Assembly: GCA_964434285.1 (NCBI GenBank) | Contig: CAYSUJ010000001.1 | Coordinates: forward strand, 168,703 to 232,702 | Length of the DNA: 64,000 nucleotides | Origin: an uncultured Candidatus Saccharibacteria bacterium | GTDB lineage: Bacteria; Patescibacteriota; Minisyncoccia; Phycocordibacterales; UBA2100 | Direction: 5' to 3' | Part shown: positions 18,316-27,942 of the stretch, in pieces | How positions within the stretch are numbered: the first letter of the stretch is position 1 | Layout of the letters: every line of letters begins with the position of its first letter | The notes under the pieces: generated by a model | Databases searched by the model: none | What the model saw: only the letters and a program-made list of their open reading frames with translations | What the model was told of the DNA's origin: nothing | Made by a program: the position numbers and the translations under genes

Positions 18316-18600
18316 CTATTTCTGCTCGTGTTTCTTAGGATCGAGTTCGTACCAAAACTTCTTCGAGAAATTCCCCGCCTCGTCGCACACGCGCTTTAAG
18401 TAGTAAAGATCCTTGGTCGGAATTTGCTCGAGAATTTTACCCATTCGAGCCATCGTAATTTTCGGAAGGCCGTCGCGCATGCGACTCGGGTTCAGGCGGT
18501 CGCAGAAATATTTCATGATTTCCCCACGCTCCGTCTGACGCAAAGCGCTTCGTTTCGCTTTCAGGCTCATCCCGATGTGCTGCATCCGAGGATTGTACAC
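18316..18600 (-). CDS. hypothetical protein, 94 aa
   Basis: Intact ORF in an intergenic position; no motif recognised. Confidence 0.35.
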   Translation of the reverse strand: MYNPRMQHIGMSLKAKRSALRQTERGEIMKYFCDRLNPSRMRDGLPKITMARMGKILEQIPTKDLYYLKRVCDEAGNFSKKFWYELDPKKHEQK

Positions 18601-18851
18601 GAGCGCTATCGTGTGGTATACATCTTATGGAACCAGTCCTGGGATGGAGACCACCTGGTCCCAGGACCCCCGCCTCAGATTCGCACATACTCGGGCGCGA
18701 GAGAGGTGGGGAGGAGCGCGAACGCTGACCGCGAGAGACCGAGAGGGTGTAATTCTCGAGTCTGGCAGGCGTTCGCGCCCACCATTGCGGCTCAGTCTTT
18801 CCGAAGACTGAGCCGCTTCTGCTTTCGCCGAGTGCACGATATAGTCTTGCA

Positions 18852-19412
18852 ATGGCGAAAATCATCGTTCAGGAGGGACACGCAGCGCTACACGCGATCT
18901 CAGAAGAAATTCCATCATCAGAATTTGGAGGCAAAAAGCTGACCACACTTATCGCGGAAATGAAAAAGCTGCTTGCTAAGGAAGAGTACGGCGTCGCGCT
19001 TGCTGCACCTCAAGTGGGTGAATCAGTGCGGCTTTTTATTGTCTCCGGTGCGGCAGTCGGTAAACGCGAGAAAGCCTCCGCGGAACGCGGGGTCAATGAA
19101 CCTTCCCTAGAAGCTAGAAGCTCAAAGCTAGAAGCTGCGCCCGATCAGATCTACATTAATCCCATACTCATCAAACTCTCGCGCGGAAAAAAAGATAAAC
19201 ACGAAGGCTGTCTCTCCATCCGTGGCAAGTGGGGCATGGTTCCTCGCGCCGAGAAAGCGACGATCACCGCCTACGATGAGCACGGAAAGAAATTCACCCG
19301 CGGTGCGTCAGGCCTCCTCGCCCACATCTTTCAGCATGAGATGGATCATTTAGATGGCGTCCTCTATATCGATAAAGCGACAGAGCTCTATGACGAAGGA
19401 TCAAAAAAATAA
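18852..19412 (+). CDS. def: peptide deformylase
   Basis: GVALAAPQVG, EGCLS, and the HEMDHLDG metal-binding motifs. Confidence 0.85.
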   Translation: MAKIIVQEGHAALHAISEEIPSSEFGGKKLTTLIAEMKKLLAKEEYGVALAAPQVGESVRLFIVSGAAVGKREKASAERGVNEPSLEARSSKLEAAPDQIYINPILIKLSRGKKDKHEGCLSIRGKWGMVPRAEKATITAYDEHGKKFTRGASGLLAHIFQHEMDHLDGVLYIDKATELYDEGSKK

Positions 19413-20259
19413 TTTTGCTTTTTTCGGTACACCCGCACTTGCGGTTGAGATTCTTGAGGCACTCGAGAATGCCGGGCACACGCCCGCTGTTATCGTGACT
19501 ATGCCCGACAGGCCGCAAAGACGTGGGATGGATATGAAAGAAACCGCGGTCGCGGCCTGGGGCCGCGACCGCGGCATCCCAGTTCTCAAACCCGAAAAGT
19601 TGGATTCCGATTTCATCAACAACCTACAGTCTACAAACGACACATCATGCTTCGCTATTGTAGTTGCATATGGAAAGATATTACCTCAGACACTTCTCGA
19701 TATGATGCCGATGTACAACATCCACTATTCCCTTCTCCCCCGCTGGCGAGGGGCGACACCCGTGGAGAGCGCGATACTCGCGGGTGACGCTGAGACTGGC
19801 GTCGCCATTCAGCGCATGGTGCACACACTTGATGCGGGTCCGTTAGTGGCACTCGAAAAAACAAACATCGGAGAAACTGAAACCGCGCCAGCGCTCCGCG
19901 CTCGTTTGAATGGAATTGCAAAAGAATGTTTGATACGAATACTTCCTCAGTTAATGGAAGGATCGCCAACTGAAGAGCCTCAGGATGAATCGTTAGTGAC
20001 TCACTGCGGAAAAATTGTAAAAGAAGACGGGCTGGTGAGTCTTTCTGATTCTGCAGAAACACTCGACAGAAAATTCCGCGCATACTATGGCTGGCCTGGG
20101 GTATATACCTTTTTCGATCGCGGAGGGAAACGTATTCGCACCATCATCGTTCGGGCACATCGCGAAGGTAACCGCTTTGTAATAGAAACGGTTAAGCCTG
20201 AAGGAAAGGGAGAAGTTGCCCTTAGTGACTATCTACGCTCGGGAGCAAAACCTGTGTAA
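19390..20259 (+). CDS. fmt: methionyl-tRNA formyltransferase; ATG at 19390 overlaps the def 3' end
   Basis: N-terminal formyltransferase domain (FFGTP...HYSLLPRWRGATP) and a C-terminal Fmt domain; def-fmt synteny. Confidence 0.85.
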   Translation: MTKDQKNNFAFFGTPALAVEILEALENAGHTPAVIVTMPDRPQRRGMDMKETAVAAWGRDRGIPVLKPEKLDSDFINNLQSTNDTSCFAIVVAYGKILPQTLLDMMPMYNIHYSLLPRWRGATPVESAILAGDAETGVAIQRMVHTLDAGPLVALEKTNIGETETAPALRARLNGIAKECLIRILPQLMEGSPTEEPQDESLVTHCGKIVKEDGLVSLSDSAETLDRKFRAYYGWPGVYTFFDRGGKRIRTIIVRAHREGNRFVIETVKPEGKGEVALSDYLRSGAKPV

Positions 20260-20342
20260 TTGTGAATAATAGGATTGACTTTTTCAAAAAAATCAGTAAC
20301 AGTGTGAAAGGCTGGGAAAATGTTCATTGAGGAGAGTATCCC

Positions 20343-20573
20343 ATGCGATTTAGCAAACTCGGAGAAAAAGGCCGCGCGGTAAAGGAGCAGGTTGCTTCTG
20401 CGCTCAACAACTGGGAGCCCCGGAAAAATAAGCCCATCAAAATCGTCGATGTCCGCCAGGACATGGCGACAGACGCCCCGGGGACACTCGAAGTGGTCGT
20501 CAAAACCCACGATCGCAAACGGTGGAGCGTGCGCATCGATCACGGCACTTTCATCGACGCGGTTTCGTTTTGA
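20343..20573 (+). CDS. small hypothetical protein, 76 aa
   Basis: GAGGAG ribosome-binding site upstream of the ATG; a T-run terminator lies downstream at about 20591-20625. Confidence 0.4.
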   Translation: MRFSKLGEKGRAVKEQVASALNNWEPRKNKPIKIVDVRQDMATDAPGTLEVVVKTHDRKRWSVRIDHGTFIDAVSF

Positions 20574-20623
20574 GATCCCACCACCACCCTCTGCGCGCTC
20601 CACACCCTGGGGCGCGTTTCTTT

Positions 20624-20989
20624 TTACCCCCGCAGCTTTCGCTTCACCTCTCTCCCCTGCTTCTTGGTTTTTGAAACTCGAGCCTTTTTCGTCTTGCGCA
20701 ATTGACGTTCAACTTCTTCCTTCACGTCATCAATCGCCGCTTTCACAGATGCTGCGTGGTTTTTTGCATACGCATCGATACCGCCCGGAGCTTTTATGTG
20801 CACTTCGGCAAACCACATATGATCGCTTTGGTGCTTCTTCCCTGCTGCACGCCCTAATTCAACCTCACACCTCGCCACATCCGCCTGCCCTCCCAAGAGT
20901 TTCTCAAGGACAGCAAGCCGCTTATCCAAATAGTTCTGAATGAGTCCCGTCATTTCCACCTCTTTTCTAGCCTTCAGTCGCGTTTGCAT
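20624..20989 (-). CDS. hpf: ribosome hibernation promoting factor (HPF/RaiA family)
   Basis: LEKLLGG...RCEVELG...AEVHIKAPGG pattern of the S30AE/sigma-54 modulation protein family. Confidence 0.7.
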   Translation of the reverse strand: MQTRLKARKEVEMTGLIQNYLDKRLAVLEKLLGGQADVARCEVELGRAAGKKHQSDHMWFAEVHIKAPGGIDAYAKNHAASVKAAIDDVKEEVERQLRKTKKARVSKTKKQGREVKRKLRG

Positions 20990-20996
20990 ATGGCTC

Positions 20997-21218
20997 TCAG
21001 TGTACCACATTGAAGGTTTTATTCACCCCTCGCACGCCCGAAACCATGTGAACGTTCCCTTCAGAGACACGAAAATGGCGGGCCAAAAGTTCGCGCACAC
21101 GGGCATTGGCTTCATTGCGCTCTGCAGGCTCTTTAACCGCGATAGCAAATACTCCCACGTCCGTCTCCTCGAATTTCTCGCGGCGCGCGTCGGGCTTTAC
21201 TTTGACACGTATGAACAT
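20997..21218 (-). CDS. DUF167 (YggU-like) family protein
   Basis: MFIRVKVKPDARREKFEETD...FAIAVKEPAERNEANARVRELLARHFRV...V.GVRGVNKTF matches the conserved YggU pattern. Confidence 0.55.
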   Translation of the reverse strand: MFIRVKVKPDARREKFEETDVGVFAIAVKEPAERNEANARVRELLARHFRVSEGNVHMVSGVRGVNKTFNVVH

Positions 21219-21357
21219 GGCGCTATGGTACCAGATTGATTCTGTAGAAAAAATGAGGATACGTTGCCGTTGAAATCCTTACCTTTTCGGCTATACTGCC
21301 TCGCAGTCACTGCTCTGCAGTGACGTACTCCGCAGCCCCAAAGCTCGGAATAGTTCA

Positions 21358-21429
21358 TTCCGCGGTAGCTCAATGGTAGAGCAGCTCGCTGTTAACGAGT
21401 TGGTTGTAGGTTCGAGTCCTACCCGCGGA
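21358..21429 (+). tRNA. tRNA-Asn (anticodon GUU)
   Basis: Acceptor TCCGCGG/CCGCGGA, D-arm GCTC-AATGGTA-GAGC, anticodon stem GCTCG/CGAGT with loop CT-GTT-AA, T-arm GTAGG-TTCGAGT-CCTAC, discriminator G; no CCA encoded. Confidence 0.85.
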
Positions 21430-22990
21430 GCACGACAGGATGAGAGGAGCCGAAAGGCTCCTTTTGTCCAATGTTTGCAACCCTTTTTCGCGGTTCTGAA
21501 ATCTTATTGAGCCTTGGCACCCAATTTGCCAAGAAATCGAACGCTAAAGTGTACTCCGGTTTGATCTCACGACCCTCAAGAGCGATGGTCGAGAATGCGT
21601 AACTCAACAACAGCCGCCGATCATCCGTCGTGGCGTCTTCGCTTTCGTAGATTTCCTTGGCGACGGATGCAAGTTCGTGTATCGCATATCCGGCTTCGTA
21701 GTATTTCCTGTTGCCTTTGTTGAGGCGTGCGATTTCATTGGTTGCATCTTCTTTCTGCGCACTGTATTGCTTGAAGAGACGGTCATACGTCTCGACGCTG
21801 ATCTTGCCGTCTAGCTTGTCTTCGTACAGCGCTTCGAGCCGGCGCTGGGATCGCTCAATCGTCATGTTCAATTCCGCAAGCTTTGAGTTGAAGCGTGCTA
21901 TCTCATCCACGTGGCTTTCTTTCAGCGCTTCATTCAGAACATCTAAGACACGCTTGTTCTTCGGTGCAACCTTGAGCAACATCGGGAGCAATTTCTCTTC
22001 CACCTTTTCCTGTCGGACGAAAACGTGACGTTGTTCGCATTTTTGATCCATTCCCGCACGCTTATAGCCGTTGCAATGACCGTACCAATGACCTTTCTGT
22101 CGTTCCCATGTGACGGAGCCGCCGCAAGTCGTGCAGCACATCTTCGCCTTGAATACCGGAATGTGTTTATTGAATTGCGGCTGGTTCAACGTGCGGCTGA
22201 GAAGTAGTTGTACGCGATCGAACAATTCGCGGCTGATGAGACCCTCATGCTTTGCCGGCATGACATCGCCCTTCCACCTGAGGGCGCCATAATAAAACGG
22301 ATCCCTAAGCAAGTCGTACATTCTGCTGCGGCCGACCTTCTTTCCCGCATGATTGCGCAAACCCTCGTCGTACATCGCTGCGGAGAGATTTACGACCGAG
22401 TAATTTCCAGAGGAGTACAACTCAAACATTTTCCTGAGAAACCGAGCCCGAGCCTCGTCGATTACATGGATTTTGTGCCCTTTCTCACCGATGGTCTTGT
22501 ATCCGAGCGGCGGTTTTGTCGGCAACCAGCCCTGCGCGATCTTTTCCTTCTGCCCCTTCTTCACTTCTTCGGAGAGGTTCGAGATATACTTTTTCGCGAG
22601 AACAATCTCGATATCCCAGCGAAACTTCTCGTCGGACTTCGCTTCCTTGTGAATGACCAGATTCTGTTTTACGAAATGAACTTTGCGTCGAGCGTCCGCC
22701 TCGATCCAATCATTGACGGCGACCGCATCTTTCATGTTGCGCGTAAGACGGTCTACCTTTTCACACAAAAGATTGCTGATCTGGTGCTTTTCCATGTAGC
22801 GCATCATCTCGTAGAAGACGGCACGCTGTTTCGATCCGCTAGCCGATTCGGAGATCGAAAACACCTTTACGATCTCGTACTGTTTTCGCGCCGCGTAGTC
22901 AGCGAGCAGCTTCTCCTGCGCCGGCAAAGAATATCCGGCCTCCTCTTGCTCCCGCGAACTCACACGTGCGTACACCAACGATTTCTCCAT
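21419..22990 (-). CDS. large serine recombinase (integrase): resolvase-type catalytic domain YARVSSREQ, recombinase domain, zinc-ribbon CxxC...C, coiled-coil tail
   Basis: The catalytic Ser motif lies in YARVSSREQ. The 523-aa length and Cys cluster (CCTTCGGS...HWYGHCNGY) are typical of large serine integrases. The stop overlaps the 3' end of tRNA-Asn. Confidence 0.85.
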   Translation of the reverse strand: MEKSLVYARVSSREQEEAGYSLPAQEKLLADYAARKQYEIVKVFSISESASGSKQRAVFYEMMRYMEKHQISNLLCEKVDRLTRNMKDAVAVNDWIEADARRKVHFVKQNLVIHKEAKSDEKFRWDIEIVLAKKYISNLSEEVKKGQKEKIAQGWLPTKPPLGYKTIGEKGHKIHVIDEARARFLRKMFELYSSGNYSVVNLSAAMYDEGLRNHAGKKVGRSRMYDLLRDPFYYGALRWKGDVMPAKHEGLISRELFDRVQLLLSRTLNQPQFNKHIPVFKAKMCCTTCGGSVTWERQKGHWYGHCNGYKRAGMDQKCEQRHVFVRQEKVEEKLLPMLLKVAPKNKRVLDVLNEALKESHVDEIARFNSKLAELNMTIERSQRRLEALYEDKLDGKISVETYDRLFKQYSAQKEDATNEIARLNKGNRKYYEAGYAIHELASVAKEIYESEDATTDDRRLLLSYAFSTIALEGREIKPEYTLAFDFLANWVPRLNKISEPRKRVANIGQKEPFGSSHPVVLRG

Positions 22991-23108
22991 ATGCCTATTA
23001 TGCCGGGCTTTTTTGTTTCTTAGAGCCCTTATTGGCTTGTTATGTGTGGGTAAAGCGCCTGTGGGGCGAAAATCGACCGCTTTTCGCCCCTATAGTGCAT
23101 AGAATCCT

Positions 23109-23211
23109 GTATCGTCACTATGTGAGATAGAACACAGTAAGGCTTAGGATATAACCGGTAAGCATAGTGATTACATAAGCAATACATAGCTATAGTATTG
23201 GTGACGATACA
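23109..23211. promoter_or_regulatory. 10-bp perfect inverted repeat GTATCGTCAC ... GTGACGATAC, arms 83 bp apart, upstream of the recombinase gene
   Basis: Read directly from the sequence. A separate GGGGCGAAAA-n8-TTTTCGCCCC hairpin lies at 23063-23090. Confidence 0.3.
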
Positions 23212-23219
23212 ACTTCTGC

Positions 23220-23504
23220 TTACGCAGAAGTTACTTTGAGATACTCTTCTATGATTTTATTTTGTAATTCCTTCCAGAGCTCGGGCGCAGCAAAGAAAAT
23301 ATTCTTATACTCGCCAACACTATCCGCGTACGAAGGAGGAGCTACCCAAATCGGATTACCTTCCGAATCGTAGTGTCCGGTATCGTCGTACATCCCTCTC
23401 AAGATTTTGAAGCCGACGATGCGAAATCCGTCGACCTTCATATCACCGATTTCGATGACAGCCATTCCAAGCACTTTTCCCCGGCGCACAGTTTGCACCT
23501 TCAT
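23220..23504 (-). CDS. SpoVG-family protein (nucleic-acid-binding regulator homolog)
   Basis: Shares a similar central pattern with Bacillus SpoVG: GMAVIEIGD.KVDGFRIVGF ... NPIWVAPPSYADSVGEYKNIFFAAPELWKELQNKIIEEYLK versus SpoVG ...[54 protein letters not shown]. Confidence 0.5.
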   Translation of the reverse strand: MKVQTVRRGKVLGMAVIEIGDMKVDGFRIVGFKILRGMYDDTGHYDSEGNPIWVAPPSYADSVGEYKNIFFAAPELWKELQNKIIEEYLKVTSA

Positions 23505-23577
23505 GCGACACTTCTTTAGGAACATAATTACCAGTGCAGCTTGGTTGATAATCTCGACCAAATCAAAAGGTCCGACG

Positions 23578-23808
23578 CTATCCCATAGGCGGTTCGGACT
23601 TTTTGATTACTGATTTGTGGCGCAGCCGCGCGAGAGTATCGAAGTAACCCGTGAGATCACCGAGTATCTGCTCGGCTTCTTCAAATGAAACATCACGGCC
23701 GTAGTCTTCGGCGAGTATTGTTCTTAGTTTTTCTGATAGGTGCGGGCTGACCATGCAAGCCCGTTCCTGCCCGGTGAATTTGAACGCTCGAAAGCATCCG
23801 CCGGGCAA
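23578..23808 (-). CDS. small hypothetical protein
   Basis: ORF in tandem with the neighbouring island genes; no motif recognised. Confidence 0.3.
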   Translation of the reverse strand: MPGGCFRAFKFTGQERACMVSPHLSEKLRTILAEDYGRDVSFEEAEQILGDLTGYFDTLARLRHKSVIKKSEPPMG

Positions 23809-23873
23809 GCACGAGCCCGCGCAGTCTAAGCAGTGGCGCGGTGACTCACCTGAGAGTCACCAACTGTTTTGTC

Positions 23874-24653
23874 TCAAAAATTGCGAGAAATGGACTTTCG
23901 TTCCCATGTGAAAAGCTTGTCATTTGTGGCGAAACTTTTTTGCACTCTTTCGTTGGCTCTGTAGAGCGTATCCCGCACCGTACGCTCAATCTTGGAGAGG
24001 GATTTCTTGAGCCGCTTTTGTTTGTCCATCGGGTCATGCCCGAGCATTTTTTCCGCGACCTCTGACCAGTCTACAGAGCTGCGCGCAGGTGCAGCAAACA
24101 TGATCGAACAAAAATCTCGCAGGTTGCTATTTGGAGGCAACTGACAGATTTTTGTTCCGAAATAGATTGCTCCTTCTTTCTCTGAATATCTAATCTGATA
24201 CGAACCAAGGGATATCGGAGCACCTTCTGGAGCAGTGGAAGAACTTGCCAGCAGATCCATATAGTAACGATGGAACTTGCCGTAGGCGTTGCGTATTTTT
24301 TCCTTCAGACTTTGATAGTCATCCAGCATCTTGCGCTCGGCATGTATTGAAAAAACTCCCTTGCGCGGATCGAGCCCGAATTGCAGTGACAACAGCTCGT
24401 CTAGTTCATTCACGCTCTTTCTGAAACTGTCGAAAATCGGTGCAACATTCACGTCGCGAACTGTAAATCCAACTGTACGAAATCTCTCCTTCAGAAGGTC
24501 GAGATTCGCTGCATACGTTATGTGATAGACATCATCCTGCAATAACTGATCGCGCAAACGCTCGACATCCGCCTGCGGGAATATGCGTGCGATCTCGTCA
24601 ATAACCTGCTCATCAGTGCGAAAAACCGAGCTGTGTGGCTCGCGAGCGTTCAT
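23874..24653 (-). CDS. hypothetical protein, 259 aa
   Basis: Intact ORF heading a three-gene minus-strand string in the island; no motif recognised. Confidence 0.4.
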   Translation of the reverse strand: MNAREPHSSVFRTDEQVIDEIARIFPQADVERLRDQLLQDDVYHITYAANLDLLKERFRTVGFTVRDVNVAPIFDSFRKSVNELDELLSLQFGLDPRKGVFSIHAERKMLDDYQSLKEKIRNAYGKFHRYYMDLLASSSTAPEGAPISLGSYQIRYSEKEGAIYFGTKICQLPPNSNLRDFCSIMFAAPARSSVDWSEVAEKMLGHDPMDKQKRLKKSLSKIERTVRDTLYRANERVQKSFATNDKLFTWERKSISRNF

Positions 24654-24883
24654 GCCGGAATGCTACCTTTTCCGGCCCCTTAGCGGCAAGCGGGTAGCCT
24701 GCTACAATGCCCGTGTCGCTCACAGAGCGATTTGCCTAAACTCGTCGGAAACGGCGGGCATGGCAAAAAGACAGATCATGCCCAGAAACCCGTCACGGGG
24801 TTCGCATGATCTGCCGTATGGGGAAACCCATATGCCCGTGGCGGTTTTTTGCTGCCCGGATTTATAAAATTATTCGGGATAAC

Positions 24884-25339
24884 ATGGAACACAAACATAT
24901 TTGGGACAAGGTTCTCGGCTCTAACGAGCATGTGAAGTACGAATTTACGGTGGGATCGCAGTATCGAATGGTCGGTTTGGTCGGTTTATCAGTCATCGGT
25001 CTTTTGAGTTTCTTCTGGCTCTGGCAGATGGCGATATTCATTATTGCGATCGCCCTCTTTTATTACGGTTTCTACCTCAAAGCAGCGAACGCGTACGCGT
25101 TTACCGACCGCCGCGTACTGGTCCATCAAGGCTGGCTATCTACCCGCATGATCACGACGGAGTATCAAAAGATTACCGATGTGACAGTCCTCGAGCCTCT
25201 CATCCAGCGCCTTATATTCGCCTCAGGAACGCTTGTAGTGAACACGGCGGGCTCCAAGACCGAGGAGATCGTTCTCAGCAACGTCGAGCGCCCCTACGAG
25301 CTCAAGAAGAAGTTAGACGAGATGCGTGGGCACCACTAA
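24884..25339 (+). CDS. membrane-flanked bacterial PH-domain protein (bPH_2 / YdbS-YdbT-like)
   Basis: Two TM helices, then AYAFTDRRVLVHQGWLSTRMITTEYQKITDVTV.EPLIQRLIFASGTLVVNTAG, the typical bPH_2 pattern. ATG at 24884. Confidence 0.55.
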   Translation: MEHKHIWDKVLGSNEHVKYEFTVGSQYRMVGLVGLSVIGLLSFFWLWQMAIFIIAIALFYYGFYLKAANAYAFTDRRVLVHQGWLSTRMITTEYQKITDVTVLEPLIQRLIFASGTLVVNTAGSKTEEIVLSNVERPYELKKKLDEMRGHH

Positions 25340-25687
25340 ACGCAGATCGGACTCTTGTTCCAAGCCGGAATAAGAAGGGGGTTCAGGTTCTGGAGGATAA
25401 CCAAGAAGAGGTGGGAGTTTAGCTTCCACGCGCCTACGTATCCATATTACCTCTCTAAAGGCTTTCAAAAAGTGCGGATGGATAAAGACAAAATGCCGCC
25501 ACTGCTTTTTAGTCACTCCTGCTGCTGCGAGACAACGTTTTAGATTCTGCCCTTGCCATCGCGCCATGATGATGGCCAGGACTTTACTGCTGTTCGACCA
25601 CCATGCTCTGTCGGTTTTCATTATTTCCAAGCCCTCAAAACCCGGCTCTTGAATGCTGTAGCCCGCGGTTCGATGTAATTTGCGCAT
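25313..25687 (-). CDS. hypothetical protein, possibly a degraded mobile-element gene
   Basis: Basic, low-complexity C-terminus; converges on and overlaps the bPH gene; no confident motif. Confidence 0.2.
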   Translation of the reverse strand: MRKLHRTAGYSIQEPGFEGLEIMKTDRAWWSNSSKVLAIIMARWQGQNLKRCLAAAGVTKKQWRHFVFIHPHFLKAFREVIWIRRRVEAKLPPLLGYPPEPEPPSYSGLEQESDLRLVVPTHLV

Positions 25688-25726
25688 GTCCTTACAGTAC
25701 TACGTACTAAGGCGCATAAATCCACA

Positions 25727-25940
25727 ATGGGCACTTATATAGTTTCTTCGAAAATGTGGGAAAAGTAGACAAAAGTCAGACCCGAATCTCGTAAATACTG
25801 GACGTATCATGGGCACTTTTAGCACATCGGTACTTCTGGCGGAATGCGACTTTGGGCACCTTTTGTGGAGATCACTGCACCTAGTGCAGTAAGGTCTGTC
25901 ACTAGACTCAATCGTCTCCTCGTGGCACGCTGATGGGCAC
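25727..25940 (+). promoter_or_regulatory. four direct repeats of TGGGCAC(T/C) at 25727, 25810, 25853 and 25934 (the last overlaps the kinase ATG), plus the palindrome CTGCAC-cta-GTGCAG at 25875-25889
   Basis: Read directly: aTGGGCACTTatat, aTGGGCACTTttag, tTGGGCACCTtttg, gaTGGGCACCatg. Confidence 0.35.
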
Positions 25941-27942
25941 CATGCTTTCTGAAATCAACGGCTACAAAACTAAGCCCGAGTGGTTCATCGGCAAAGGCAC
26001 TTTTGGTTCTGTATACAAGGCTGAAAAGGACGGTAAATTTTACGCTATCAAAGTATTCCAGTCGGAATTACTGCAAACGGAATACAGGTCTCGTATTGAT
26101 CAGGAAATCAAAGCAATACAGAAGATTTCACACCCGAACGTCGTGAAGCTCCACGACTATGGCACGTTCAAGGAGAACGACTTTGAGTACTTCTACACAG
26201 TGATGGATTTAGTTGAGGGACAACCGTTGAGTGATTTTGTTGGCACAGTAAACGAAGAGCGTAGTATTGAAATTATTGAATCCATATTGGATACAAACAC
26301 TTCCGTGCATGCGACCGGCATCATCCATCGTGATCTGAAGCCTGCGAATATCATGATCGATAAAAGTGGAACGCCCATCATCCTTGATTTCGGACTTGCG
26401 AAACTGATCGATTACAGTTCGATTACACAAACCGGCGAACGTGTCGGCACGTACTATTACATGTCGCCGGAACAAGTGACTGACAGTAAAAATATTGACG
26501 AGCGATCGGATTACTTCGCAGTCGGTATTATTTTCTACGAAATGCTTACAGGCGTGACTCCATACGACGCGACAAATCTGCCGGCACTCATCGACCAGAT
26601 AAAGAACGTATACCCGAAAAATCCTTCGGAGCGAAACGCGAGCATCACTAATCAGACCGAGAATGTGATCCTGCGCTTGCTCGAAAAAGCACCTCATCGA
26701 CGATTTCAAAATACCGCCGATGTCGTAAACGCTCTCAAAGAGATTCCGGAGGAGCGGCCAAAGAAACTTGATCTTTCAACGCGATATTTTGTTCGTCTCC
26801 AACATACAGAAAAAACACTGTTCGAAGACGCACTGAAAGCCAACTTGATTGACCGCGTTATCTTTCCCGCAAATTTCTTCAAGTTCTATCACCACACCGT
26901 GGACGTGTTGCGGAATTCAAAGATCCCGTTCACCACTGATCCGGCCACAAACCGATTGACATACACCGCTTTCTCAAAAACAGCGGGCGTTCAGGAACTT
27001 CCTTATTCCTCCGGGGACGAGGTGACGCCGATACAAAAGAAACATTTCCACTCCATCACTCAGGTCCAAGAGTTCGTTGCAAAAGTAATCACATTTCAGA
27101 TAACGAACGGCGTTACCGAACTTGCCGCGCCTTTCTTTTTTGCAAAAGACTCCGATGATGACTGGTTTAGTATCGACCTGAAACTGCTCAAAGAAGCAAT
27201 CGCGTACCGCGACCAACACCATCCTGACATGCCAATCTGGGGAGGAATCTGCATGAATGTTGAGAATTGGCACGACGACGAAGAGAAGAACAAAATCCTG
27301 AACCACTATGTAAAAGCGGCTCCCGATGGCTTCTTTGTATACGGCGATCCGATCGGCAACCAATCGAACCTGACCCAGTTGTTCCACTACGGCGATCTCC
27401 TCAAAAAATTACAAGCATCGGCCCAAGTCCCGGTAATCGCTTGCCGTGTAAACGGTCTCGGTCTCATTTATTACAGCAACGGTGTTTCTGGTCTCTCATC
27501 AGGCATTGCCGCGCTCGATAACTTCCGAGAAGGAATTTTATCCGATACCCAAGACGGATATTCGATGGATCCTCGCTACTATGTTCCCGAACTTCTTACG
27601 ATGGTCTCGCTCAAAAAAGGCGTCACGACAAAACTCAAAGACCTTGCCAATTCCAGTGTCGGTAAGAACTTTTCCTGCAAATGCCCACATTGCAAAGGCA
27701 TCCTTACCTCCGCGTCACTCTCGACGCGAGCGATGAAATTGCACTTTTTACATGTGCGTCGTGCGGAATTGGCGGAACTAGAGGCGCTCAAGCCCGAGGA
27801 ACGCCTGGACCACATGGAAAAACGAGTTGCGCAGGCAATCAGCTACAGTAAAACCTTATCGAAGGAAAATATTGAGGTCGGTGATTTCTCGCATCTTGGC
27901 ATGTGGCTCACTCTGATCCAGCAATTCAAGAAGCATAGCTGA
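25933..27942 (+). CDS. eukaryotic-type Ser/Thr protein kinase domain (residues 1 to about 270) fused to a roughly 400-aa C-terminal domain of unknown function containing a CKCPHCKG zinc-knuckle-like motif
   Basis: Gly-loop GKGTFGSVY, VAIK-type YAIKVF, catalytic loop HRDLKPANIM, DFGLAK, SPE-like MSPEQ. The C-terminal 400 aa match nothing I recognise. Low-GC gene. Confidence 0.8.
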   Translation: MGTMLSEINGYKTKPEWFIGKGTFGSVYKAEKDGKFYAIKVFQSELLQTEYRSRIDQEIKAIQKISHPNVVKLHDYGTFKENDFEYFYTVMDLVEGQPLSDFVGTVNEERSIEIIESILDTNTSVHATGIIHRDLKPANIMIDKSGTPIILDFGLAKLIDYSSITQTGERVGTYYYMSPEQVTDSKNIDERSDYFAVGIIFYEMLTGVTPYDATNLPALIDQIKNVYPKNPSERNASITNQTENVILRLLEKAPHRRFQNTADVVNALKEIPEERPKKLDLSTRYFVRLQHTEKTLFEDALKANLIDRVIFPANFFKFYHHTVDVLRNSKIPFTTDPATNRLTYTAFSKTAGVQELPYSSGDEVTPIQKKHFHSITQVQEFVAKVITFQITNGVTELAAPFFFAKDSDDDWFSIDLKLLKEAIAYRDQHHPDMPIWGGICMNVENWHDDEEKNKILNHYVKAAPDGFFVYGDPIGNQSNLTQLFHYGDLLKKLQASAQVPVIACRVNGLGLIYYSNGVSGLSSGIAALDNFREGILSDTQDGYSMDPRYYVPELLTMVSLKKGVTTKLKDLANSSVGKNFSCKCPHCKGILTSASLSTRAMKLHFLHVRRAELAELEALKPEERLDHMEKRVAQAISYSKTLSKENIEVGDFSHLGMWLTLIQQFKKHS

